This document shows positions 51,693 through 62,580 of a stretch of DNA of 64,000 bases, piece after piece. The position numbers and the translations under genes were made by a program. Under the pieces are notes generated by a model. The model was not told the DNA's origin and searched no databases. It saw only the letters and a program-made list of their open reading frames with translations. The DNA comes from Camelus ferus (Eukaryota). Each line of letters opens with the position of its first letter. Positions within the stretch are counted from its first letter, which is position 1. The stretch lies in assembly GCF_009834535.1 (NCBI RefSeq), contig NC_045696.1, positions 10,604,001 to 10,668,000 of the forward strand, read 5' to 3'.

Positions 51693-52097
51693 CATGGATG
51701 GCCTTGGAGGGCATCATGCTCAGTGAAATAAGTCAGAGAAAGAAAACTACTGAGTGATATCACTTATACTGTGGAATCTAAAAAATACAACAAACTAGTG
51801 AATATAGCAAAAAAGAAACAGACTCACAGACATGGAGAACAAGCTAGTGGTTACCAATGCAGAGAAGGAAGCGGGGAGAGGCAGGGGATAGGGGTAAGGG
51901 ATTAAGACATACAGACTATTACATATACAGTAAGCTACAAAGATATATTTACCACATGGGGAATATAGCCAATATTTTATAATAGCTATAAATGGAGTAT
52001 AACGTTTAAAAATTGTGGGTCACTGCATTGTACATCAGTAACTTATATGATATTGTACATCAACTATACTTCAATTAAAAAAAAAGTTTAAGCCTCA
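51693..52097 (+). mobile_element. 5'-truncated L1 3' end
   Basis: 'catggatggccttggagggcatcatgctcagtgaaataagtcagaga...aactatacttcaattaaaa'; TSD aaaagggagacaggtga (51676-51692) / aaaaagagacagctga (52098-52113). Confidence 0.9.
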
Positions 52098-52974
52098 AAA
52101 AAGAGACAGCTGAAAAATAAAATTTAGAAATTGGTACTAACTTCTTTGTCACCCCCTCCTCCCCTCATTTTGTACCTTTTTCAGTCTATAAACCCTGTGA
52201 TGAGGCATCATGGCTCCCTACCCCTTCTCCTGGGAGTATTTCCCCTACAGTTGATCAAACCTGTTATAATATTCCCAGGGCAATGCCTTGAATACAGACT
52301 CCCAAATCAGAAGAGGCTTCTATTGCCCTGCTTCATGGATTTAAAGTCATTGCTTAGGGACTTGAGGGAGCCGGGTTTGGCTTTGTTAAAAAAAAAAAAA
52401 GGACGCATATTTTTAAACCCATTCTCTCAACCAACCCTGTCCCCACCCCCCGCTCCCACCCTACCTCATCTTCTGCAGGCCACGGGCAACCTGTGTAATT
52501 CAGGTTACCCTGAAATGAAAACCTTGGTAAGTAAGATCCAGGATTGTCTTGATGAATTTGATTCAATATGGAAGACTGCTAAATTTAAAAAAAAAAAAAA
52601 AATCAAAGCAGAGCTTAGATGTTGGAGAGACAGCCTGAGTTTACAGTTTCAGGAAACAGAGTTGTCCCAGAAAGTCAGCAATAAAGTTAAAATGAGGATT
52701 GAGCTTTTTTTGGTATGTGCCACCATCACGTTAGCTTACGTAGCTAGTGCTGCGTATTTATTTATCTGTCACCAAGGGGATGGTTTTGTAAGCTATTTGA
52801 AAGCACAGTTTAAAGGGACTGGCTTTCCCAGCACCAGTCAGCTGGCTCAATTCAAGTGACGATCAAAAGCCCAAAGGCCTCAAAGACCAGGTGGGGGGCT
52901 GGAGTGGCACGGAAGGGGCTGGTGGAGATGGTGGCCTCGGGGTCAACCTTGCCCGGCTCTCACCCACTGGGCCG

Positions 52975-53145
52975 CAGAAGCTGGGCTAGTGTGGCCATGT
53001 CTCCCATTTTTCCCAGAGAAATTCAAAATCTAGATTTTTATGTAAAATTTCCTGATTTTCAAATATTGACAAATTCTAATTCATTTAACATAAAGAAACA
53101 ACACACATCTGTTGCTGCCTTCCCTCCACAAGCCACCTCTGGTTT
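52975..53145 (+). mobile_element. MER103C-like hAT fragment
   Basis: 'agagaaattcaaaatctagatttttatgtaaaatttcctgattttcaaat'. Confidence 0.7.
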
Positions 53146-53311
53146 AAAGACTAGTGAAGACTTGCAGGCAGAAAAGTCCCTGAAATCAAACCCTTTGGAT
53201 TTGAGTCATTCCACACCTCCCCCTGGTCATTCTCAATCAGGCGTGCTCACCTGTGGCATTCTAAAAACCTATACGTGCCCGGCCTCCACCCTAGTCACGT
53301 ATCGGTTTATC

Positions 53312-53880
53312 TTTTAATTTTTTTTTATTGTGGTAAAATGACCATAATAAAATATACTATTTTAACCACTTTTAAGTGTCCAGTTCAGTGGCTTTAAGTA
53401 CATTCACATTGCTATGCAAACATCACCACCATCCATCTCGACTTCTTTTTCCATCTTCCCAAATTGAAATTCTGTATCCGTTAAATGACAACTCGTCATT
53501 CCCAGTTCCCCTCAGCCCCTGGCAGCCCCCATTCTACTTCCTGTCTCTATGAATTTGACTGCTCTAGCTACCTCATATAAACGGAATCATACAAAATTGT
53601 GTCTGGCTTCTTTCACTAAGTTTAATGTTTTCAAGAATCAGCTACCTTGTATGTATCAGAATTTCCTTCCTTTTTAAGGCTGAATACTATTCCAGTGCAC
53701 ACACACATGTGTGTGTGTGTGTGTGTGTGTATGTACAAATTTATACACCCACGCCACATTTTATTTATTCATTCATCCATGATGGACATTTGGGTTGCTT
53801 CCACCTTTTGGCTATTGTGAACAGTGCTCCTATGAGTGTAAATGTACAAATATCCGTTCAGGTCCCTGCTTTCAATTCTG
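53312..53880 (-). mobile_element. L1 3' end (L1MA/L1MB-type), inserted in a MER5-like remnant
   Basis: 'ttattgtggtaaaat', 'cagcccctggcagcccccattctac', 'gatggacatttgggttgcttccaccttttggctattgtga'. Confidence 0.9.
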
Positions 53881-54184
53881 AACATGCCTGTTTTTAAAGG
53901 TCCACTGATGGTTCAGATGAGCGCCCCTCTTTCTAACCTACGATCTTACCTGGTGGTAACCTGCCTCGCATCTGCCCTGTGTTTCAGCCATATCACCTGT
54001 GATAGCACATCACCTGATTGTTACAAGTAAACAGCTAGTCTGGGTTCTTGACTCTGGTTAACCTAGCAGATGAGGAATTAATGGAGGGAGATTGGTTGGC
54101 TCATTGCCTCAATGAGAAGGCTGAGAAACCAGGTTTAGGGGTAACTGGGACAAGTAAGATCCTGCCACAAGAAGTCTATTTTGA

Positions 54185-54234
54185 TTTTTTTTTTAGGTTT
54201 GTTTTTTTGTTTGTTTGTTTGTTTGTTTGTTTGT

Positions 54235-54266
<32 letters not shown>

Positions 54267-54358
54267 ATGGAGGTACCGGGGATTGGTACCGGGGATTGAA
54301 CCCAGGACCTCATGTGTGCTAAGCATGCCCTCTACCACCTGAGCTATAACTTTCCCCT
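54185..54358 (-). mobile_element. Camelid vic-1-like SINE
   Basis: Antisense tRNA-Ala head with (TTTG)n(TTTA)n tail; degenerate TSD caagaagtctattttga / caagaacagtctactttgga. Confidence 0.9.
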
Positions 54359-55102
54359 CAAGAACAGTCTACTTTGGATGCCACTGCTGTCACCTTTGCC
54401 ACAGGACACTTGCTGCTGCCTCAGCTGGACCCTCCTGCTGAACTTTGGTCCAGGCGGTATTTCTCATGTCAGCCTCTGTACCACTGAATGTTTGAGTCAG
54501 TTGTGGCCATCACAAATACACCCAGACAAGCCCCCTGCCTGTCTGTCTCAACCCCCAGGTTCAATGACCTGGGCAGGGGGATGTGACTGGCCTCACTTAA
54601 ACCATAAGCCCAAGCTCTGAGTGCCCAGGTGGGGAGAAGGAATATATGTGAACTGCAGCTTCCGAAGTGGCAGTGAGGGCCCTGCCTTCCACGTGGCGGG
54701 GTTCAGCCCCAGTAGGAAGAGGATTCACAGTGGTGGTGAGCTGACCGTGTGGGCTTGTCAGAACACGTGTGCACTGCCTCTCGTCCCAGCTCCACGCTCT
54801 TCGACATCACATCAGCAGCTTGGAATTGGCCACGGATGATGGGAGTATTAACACCATGGAAATGAGCAAAAATCAGGGCTTTGTCTTTGCCTCAGAGAGT
54901 AAGTGTACAAGCACACCAGTGATTCTTATACCAGACAGCAAGAGTGACAGAGGTCAACTATCCTGGGAAAATAATCGGTGATTTCTGCAAATTAGATTAT
55001 GGCACTGAGTGGAAGGAAGAAAAAAGAGAGAAAGAGAAAGAAAGAGAGGCAACACACAAAGTCTGCATATATTTCTGCTGGTGTAATAAACACAGCTTAG
55101 AG

Positions 55103-55838
55103 CAATGCCATCCAGTAGAAATATAATTCAAATCACGTATGTCATTTACTTATTTGTGTATTTGAGCATATCACTTTTCCTTATTAATTTCAGTTTCTGA
55201 GTGTTTCCTTTGTATTCAGACTAAACGTTATCTTTTAATACCCAGGCCTAACTTGCTACTTTTTATATTTTTGAACACCCAAACTAAAAAAAAAATTTAT
55301 ATATTTTATTTATTTTTTATTTATTTTACTTTAAAGAGACTGAGACAATCCTTTTATTTTACTTTTCTGTTCTTGGGGTTTTTTTTTTTGGTGATGGGGG
55401 GAGGTAATTCGACTTATATATTTATATAGAGGTACTGGGGATTGAACCCAGGACCTCGTGCATGCTAAGCACGCACTCTACCCTTGAGTTATACCCTCCC
55501 CACTAATACCCAAACTTAATCTTGTGTTTTGTCACTTTCTCCTCTACACATCTAGATATATGTAATTTAAACCTTTCTAATAGCCACTTTAAAAATGAAA
55601 AGAAACAGGTAAAATTAATTTTAGCAATCTATTTTATTTAACCAATGTGTCCAGAATATTAACATTTCATCATGGAATCACTATAAAAATTATTAAAGAG
55701 AGAGCTTACATTCTTTTCTTCATACTAAGGTTTCAAACCCAGTGTGTATTTCACTCTGACAGCACATCTCGATCTGGGTGATCCACTCTTTACTCAATAG
55801 CTGCGTGTGTCTAGTGGCTGCCATACTGAACAGTGCAG
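55103..55838 (-). mobile_element. MER33-like hAT-Charlie element, split by an insertion at 55149-55558
   Basis: Left part 'ccagtagaaatataat...tatgtcattta' continues at 55559 'tatgtaattta...agaaacaggtaaaattaatttt...ctagtggctgccatactgaacagtgcag'; 8-bp TSD-like gcttagag / gcttacgg. Confidence 0.85.
55286..55504 (-). mobile_element. Camelid vic-1-like SINE, long form with extended 3' tail
   Basis: Antisense tRNA-Ala head plus 'ggggaggtaatt'; TSD aacacccaaact (55274-55285) / aatacccaaact (55505-55516). Confidence 0.9.
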
Positions 55839-56264
55839 GCTTACGGCAGTTCAAGAATGGCTGTGGTCTTCAGACCATCTCCTGGTGGTGGGTTGTGAAG
55901 ATCAGACTGTGTTCTTCTCTTACAGATGTAGAAAATCAGAAATCCCAACATTGCGTAGGAGTGAATTATGTATTTGCCATTCTTGAACTGGTTGATTCAG
56001 GTAGAGAGTGGGTCATTTAATACAGATCTTTCTTATGAACCACTTATAAATATGGCAGAAAATATTGAACATAACCTTGAAGATACATGCATGCATGGAC
56101 TGAGACAGGAAGGGGCGAGGAGACAGGACAGCTGAGGTCCCCCGTGTGAGCGAAAATGTCAAAGGATTCTCACAGCCCTACCACACTGGTTCGCTCCTCT
56201 CTCCAGAAAATCTGCCTACAATATACACCTGCCAAGGGAAGGACTAGATCCTGTTTATCAAACG

Positions 56265-57550
56265 GAAACAGACACTCTCATATATTGCTGGTAGGAGTGT
56301 TAACTTTAGCGGGGTAATTTGACAACAGCTCTTGTCATTTTAAAGGTGCAAACCCCTTGGAACAAGTGTATTTCTAAGAATAATCTTAGGAAGGTCCTAC
56401 ACGCATGCACAGATATGTGAGCAATGACGTTCATTCAAATATTGGAAACAACTGAAGTGTTCATCCTCGAGGACTGCAGTGAATCCCAGCATGTCCTTTC
56501 CATGGGACACTGGGAAACCACTACAAATGAGGCCCGCCATGGAAAGAAAGCCACGTATATACAGAAACATGGAAAGAAAGAAAGCTAAATGCAAAACTAT
56601 CTGACTAATTAACCATTTTTGTAAGAAAGGAAAAAAAATTTCCTGCATAGGTATTGAAAAGAAAATTTGGAAAAAATACAGTCAAGTTTACTGAAGGCGT
56701 AGGGACTATAAGAGGTTTTAGGGCTGGAATTTTACTTTCTACTTTATACAAATTGATAATGTTTGAAATTTTACAATGATCTTATATTGTTTCTATAATC
56801 ATAAAAAGATATAGGGGGTGGGTATAGCTGAAGTGATAGAGTGCATGTTTAGCATGCATGAGGTCCTGGGTTCAACCCCTAGTACCTCCTCCAAAAATAC
56901 ATAAATAAGCCTAATTACCTCCCTTCCCCTCCAAAATTTTTTTTAAAAAGACACATGAACAAATTTTAAGACAAATACCCAGTGCTGTTGAGGCTGTGAA
57001 GACACGTGTTCTCAGGACCTGCAGATGGAATTACCCACTGGTCCTACCTTTCTGGAGGGACCTACTTGCCAACGAGCAATCAGAGCCTTATTTATATGCT
57101 AACCTTCAATGTGGTTGACTTCACCTCTAGAAATTTACCCTAGGACAAACTGAGAGAGGGCATGTAGATTTATGTACAAGATGGTCATTACTGTATGACT
57201 TGCAGTAGTAAAACAGTGAGGGAGAATGAAACATCCATTTATAGGGAGTTACTTCAATAAATCACAGGACAGCACACAGTGGAATCCAGCTTCAAATGGT
57301 GACGTGGGAACATATGTATTGGCATTGAAAGCTGTCTGTGATCTATTGTTAAAGGAGTAAAGCAGGTTACAAGACTGCCTGGTTTAACCCTGATCTGTTT
57401 CATATATTTGTATGTACAGAGAAGAAAATTTGTAACAATCCTATGGGGATTGTTAGCAGCGGTTTTCTTGGAGTGGTGAGATTATAGACAATTTCCGTTT
57501 TCTTCTGTATTCTTTTTGAAATGGTCTAATTTATTTATGATGATTATATC
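56265..57550 (+). mobile_element. Old L1 3' regions (L1ME-like), interrupted by a SINE and an LTR
   Basis: 'acactctcatatattgctggtaggagtgt', 'ttggaaacaactgaagtgttcatc', 'tcacctctagaaatttaccctagg', 'gtgagattatagacaattt'. Confidence 0.7.
56814..56943 (+). mobile_element. Camelid vic-1-like SINE, long form
   Basis: tRNA-Ala head plus 'aagcctaattacctccc'; TSD taaaaagatata (56802-56813) / taaaaagacaca (56944-56955). Confidence 0.92.
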
Positions 57551-58055
57551 TGTCAACTGAAATAAAATCACACAATGTGAGAGTTGTGGGTTAAGTTTTA
57601 TTGGGGGCAAAATGAGGACTATAGCCCGGGAGAGAGCAACCCAGAAAGCTCTGAGGAACTGTTCAAGGAGGCAGGGGAAAGCTCAGTATTATATATGTTA
57701 TCAGTGAGGGGGGACGTGCAGCCAAGCACACGTTCAGGCAGAGCCTGCTGCTAGTCATGAGGAGCACATGTCACCGTTAATGATTCTAGTGCTTTTCTAG
57801 ATATGAGGAGATGCAAGAACTGGGGTCATAAAATTTCCTCCTGAAAACATCTAAGTATCTGAAGACCTGTTCAGTCAGTCTTCCCAGAGCACAGAGTGCC
57901 TCATTCCTGACCTCCATCCTGAACTCCTTTCAGGGGGTGTTGGAGGTCAGTGGCTGCAGCAGCTCCTGATTTGATCCAAGCAGAGTTGGATGGCCAGTGC
58001 CAGTGTGATCCAATCCTTGCAGAGGCAGATGGCAAGTGCCAGGTTTTAGTTTGCA
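57551..58055 (-). mobile_element. ERV1-class solo LTR (MER41/LTR39-like laurasiatherian family)
   Basis: TG...CA ends; TSD tatc/tgtc; minus-strand AATAAA at 57597-57602; homologous to 20777-21260. Confidence 0.85.
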
Positions 58056-58371
58056 TGTCTAATGCTTTTATTATTTTAAAAAGTAATGAAGATCTCGTTT
58101 ATAAAAACTGCCATAGTAGCCAGTTCCAAAGTCTCCCTCTCTGTTTCTCTTGTAACAGCTCCAAGGTAGAAATAGTGAGATAGTCATCGTGGCATTGCTG
58201 ACCCATGCAGGTAGTTTGTAATGACTAGGACCCCCATCTGCCAATCTTGTTTCACAGGCTTTAAAGCTGTTTCAGTTGTTGAATGAGAGGAGGTCATTTG
58301 AATGAGCAAATATGTTTAATGAAGTCTCATAAGGAGGGTCTTTTCAAATTCTGGTTGTTTTTCCCCTGGGG

Positions 58372-58460
58372 GTGGGGATGGGTATAGCTAAGCGATAGAG
58401 TGCAGGCTTAGCATGCCTGAGGTCTTGGGTTCAATCTCCAGTACCTCCATTTAAAAAAAA
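58372..58460 (+). mobile_element. Camelid vic-1-like SINE, short form
   Basis: 'gggtatagctaagcgatagagtgcaggcttagcatgcctgaggtcttgggttcaatctccagtacctcca' plus A tail. Confidence 0.9.
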
Positions 58461-59489
58461 GATGTGGGGTGGGGAGGAAAAACAATCTGTGTGTTTTTAA
58501 AATTTAAAAATGAACATAAACATTTGGAGGGGAAGATCATTAGGGTCAAAGAGGCTATGAGGGTTTTCAATTCCCTCTGCGTGCATTTGAACCAGACAAC
58601 CTTTTTAAAAAGCCACGGCAAGCATTTTCCAAATAAATGGATTGACTTAAAAAATCCGACATGCGTGATATTTACCACATTCCGAAGACTGTCAGACAGC
58701 AACAGGGATGACAGGGAGAAGGACGGGCTGTCTGTGCCTGTTTTGGTGCCCCGCCTCCCTGGGATTAAGATTTCGGTGTGAGGGGCAGCAGTGGGGGAGG
58801 GTCAGCTGTGGCTCAGAAAACAAAGCCCTTTATCTCACCCAGTTCAGCCTCAGCGTGACGTGGGACCGTGTTCCAAGTCTCCTCAGGTTTAATTGTCCAG
58901 TGTGCTCTGATACGGCGACCCCAGGATCCCTGCATGGAGCCACCAGGCTTCCAGGCCCAGCGGACACACCACTCCCTGGTGAAGTGAAGCGTCAAAGCCC
59001 AGGGCCTGGCAGAGGGAGTGCCCTCGTTCCCCAGGGCTTCAGACTTTGGGGCTGGAATTTCTGCTCTGCAGGGCTGAGCCCAGGGCAGAGCTCGCTCCAG
59101 CCCCTGCACCCACCTCTCCCTGTCTTTGGACTCAGTTCTCTTATGTACACTCTTTCGTCAACCCCAAGTGCTTAGCACAGGCCTGACGCTCAGTAACACG
59201 CCTCATTAAATGCTCAGTAACAGTGTGGACCACTACCGATGCTACACTCCTACCAGTGCTGCTACCATTTCTGTATCTGGAGGCTACTTAGAAACGCAAA
59301 GAACTCCAGGCGCACATGTGTGCTCCAGCCTGCATTCCTGGGGAGGGGCAGCCACACCAGCATCCGTGTAAACTACTGCACCGAATAGGAATGTTCCCTC
59401 TGCCCGCACGCTGCTCCTCCACTGCCAGTGCTCCCGAGGCAGGCAGGACAAAACGGGCACCCGGGCTCGTCTGCGATAATAATGGTTCC

Positions 59490-59665
59490 AGGAGCACTGC
59501 TGAGTGCTCGCAGGTGTCATTGAATCCTGTGAGGTGAACACCATTATCACCATTATCACTCCCATTTCACAGATGAGGATATTGAGGCTTAAAGAGTTTA
59601 CATATAAACCTGTGCAAGAGGACAGAGCTAGGGAGGAGGGAGCTGGGGCTAGAATGCAGGCATTC
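59490..59665 (-). mobile_element. MIR SINE
   Basis: 'cccatttcacagatgaggatattgaggcttaaagag'. Confidence 0.8.
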
Positions 59666-59904
59666 TGACGCCAGCCAGGCTGACCAAGGCTGCCCCTTAT
59701 GGCCCTGGAATCGGTGGACAGGGAGCCACGTTCCGTATTTAAAGGGCTTCTCTCTAGCCTCCCCAGCCTGGCCAAGGCAAGCAGGGACACTGGGGAGGCT
59801 GTGGCCTCGTGAGTGACATGGGAATGGCCCTTTTGAACTGGGAGAGGGTCCGGAGGCTTGCCTCCGTTGCTGTGTTGGAGTCTGGGGAGAAATCAGTGAC
59901 CCGG

Positions 59905-60072
59905 TCCTGTCTATATTTAAACCTTTGATATTTTGTTCATCATGGATTTCTGCATCAATTTTGATTTAAAAAAAATTGCATTAAAATTTCATTGATAACT
60001 GAGTTTATAGTGTCTCCTTAAATTTTATATCCAAGAAACTGCTTCACTGGCCTCACCCTAGTCCTGGCCCTG
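59905..60072 (+). mobile_element. MER96B-like hAT fragment
   Basis: 'tttgatattttgttcatcatggatt...gcctcaccctagtcctggccctg'. Confidence 0.75.
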
Positions 60073-61159
60073 CTTACTTCTCAATGCCTTATTTCCTTTT
60101 AAGACCCAAGTAGCAAAAAGCAGGTCTAATCTATTTTATTTTACTTTGGGAGATTAGTTTAATTCATCAGTGTATTTTTTCTGACTGTGCCCTGTTGACT
60201 AGGTTAGGATGATAATTTAATTAATGAATTTGAACCAAAATGTAATTATGATTTAAAATTTGAATATTAATGAAGCCTCCCTCCCTCCCTTCCTTCCCTC
60301 CTTCCTTTCTCATTTAGCAAGTATTTCTGTTGAGACAGATTCCTGAACACAGACTGAAACTTGCTCTAGGCACCACACCCAAGTCTAGATGACCACAAGC
60401 ACTATTTTGAGGAATAATGGCTGTGTGAGCACCAAGCAGAAAGGCGCTTACTGAGTGTTGGTTGGACAGAGGTGTGATGGCTGAGGCTGGCCTGGGCTCG
60501 TGGGCAGGGAGAAGCCCCAGCGTCCTGCCGGAGCCCCTTGGGTGCCTGGGTTGTCTTCACCTCCGTGTGCTGAGGGTGACTCAGGCAGTGATGTCATTCA
60601 GCCAGCCTGGTGTTTATGCCCCTCGCCACAAACCGGTTGACACTGTTTGGAGCTGTCCTGAGCTGACGCCCCACTGGGATAGAATGACATCCAGTCAGCT
60701 TGTGGCCATTGTGGCCCCAACAGCTGAAATGCTGTGGCTTCTGAAGAACCCATTGTCCGCTAGTCAATTGGCAGGAGGAGGAAGATCCTGGTGCCCTGCC
60801 CCCTCTACCTCGGAGAAGCAGTTTGGCCCCACAGTAGCAATGGTGGCGGCAGGGCTCTGAGAGCCAGCTTGGAAGGACGGAGCCCTGCATGGGACTCCTT
60901 AGGAGAAGCCCCTCAAAAGCCATCGCTGGGCTCAAGCGAGTGCCAGGAGGAGCTGTGATTTTAGAAAGCAGCTTTGCTCAGTCTAGATGGGTTTTTACTT
61001 GGCATCATCCAATGCCATCATGGGCCCTATTGATGAATTACAAGAGGAGATGGAGTGCACACCACTGCTCTCTGAAAGCAGCCATTAGCATAATCATCAC
61101 ATCAATAGTGTATTTCTAGCCAATGGAAAAAACTAGGAGCGGCCACGGAAAAAAGAGCC

Positions 61160-61300
61160 ACACTTGGAATAGGCACTATGCTAACACTTGACACGCGCTG
61201 CCTCCTTTAACCCCCAGGGAGGGGCTCCTATTATTAGATCTTACAGACGAAGGGACCAAAGCACTCAGAGGTCAAGTAGCCTAGCCAAGGTCAGGCGGCC
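61160..61300 (-). mobile_element. MIR SINE
   Basis: 'aggcactatgctaacac...ttacagacgaaggg...agaggtcaagtagcctagccaaggtca'. Confidence 0.7.
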
Positions 61301-62479
61301 AGAGAGTAACTTGACGGTGAGGCCCAACCAAAGGGATTTTACAGGAAGGGACGAACAGCAGGGCAGAAAGGAGCTGGGAGAGGAGATTGGTATTTGATTG
61401 AGCTGGAAAACAGCGCAGGTTCCAGGGGTGGAGGATGTGAAGGGATGAAGGGCCCTCCCCCATCTCTGTCCTTCTCATGGGTGCGGTCCCCACACCAGCC
61501 AGCTTCAGCACACAGCTCCCTCAGACACTCCCCCGCGGTGGTTTATGTTCCAGGCTGACACCTCTCCCTTTCTTTGAGTTCCTGTGGGTCTGTGTGAATC
61601 TAAATACAAACGGCGTCTTCTGATGCTCTCACAGCCCCTAGGACCGTGGATTCTACAGTCATGAGAGAATTCAGAAGTTGTCTATTAAATGAGATTCTGT
61701 GATGTCCAGTTCTATTTATTTATTTATTTTTTGCACTGGTGATGAGCACAGTGAGAAAGTTGTTGGTTTTGCCTCCTGCCCGTGACTGTCCCTGATAAAG
61801 CAAAAGGCTGTGAGCAGCCAGGACTCCAGAAGCAAGCAAACGAAACAAAACCATCACAATCACAACAAAATACTCCCTTTGACTGGTAAGCTAGGTAGAG
61901 AAAAGTGATCAAATCATCTTCAAAAGTTGACTGATTTTATATCAGCTCCACTCTAGTTTTGAAGATTTGAATTTAAGGACACCTAGTGATCGCTACCTTA
62001 AAAGCTTTTGTTTTGGTTTTTGTTTTTTGCCTAAATTCTAGTAGTGACGGCAGGACCAGGGACACCTAATGTCTTGAAGGTGTGGGCTGAGTGAGGTCTG
62101 CCTTCTGCCCCAATTGTCATCCCTGACATCTCATTACCGTCCTTCCTGATAGAAGCCACCAAGATGAGCCCAAACACCCACCGCTGACCTCAGGGCATTT
62201 TAACTCAAGAAAGAGGCCGAATTAGCTGGAGTGTCCACCCGCTGTGTTCAGGATATGCTGAATCCCAGCTTCACGTCGGTTAGACTTGCTCTAGGAGTGT
62301 CAATCACAGCCAGAACCCTGAATGAGAGGGGAGGAGGGAGTGACCACCTTGAGAGTGGAGGACCAGGAAGGAAATCTAGGGAGGGCTGTCCTTCCCCCAC
62401 ACGAAGCCTCATTCCTTTCAGAGTCTGGTTTTACAACTTTCCTTAACCGGCCTCGGCTTCCTTGTCTCTACTTTTTCAT

Positions 62480-62580
62480 GCTTTTGTATTCTCATCTGTA
62501 AAACGAGGTAATAAACTGTTACAAAATGAAGTCATGTAAAATGCCTAGAACACTGCTTAGTGCCTGATAGATGCACACTA
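62480..62580 (+). mobile_element. MIR SINE fragment
   Basis: 'ctcatctgtaaaacgaggtaata...catgtaaaatgcctagaaca'. Confidence 0.65.

Noticed and set aside
52131..52859. Longest ORF (242 aa)
   Set aside because: Non-ATG start, runs through poly-A and C-rich tracts, no recognisable domain; only the internal 48-nt exon candidate is kept
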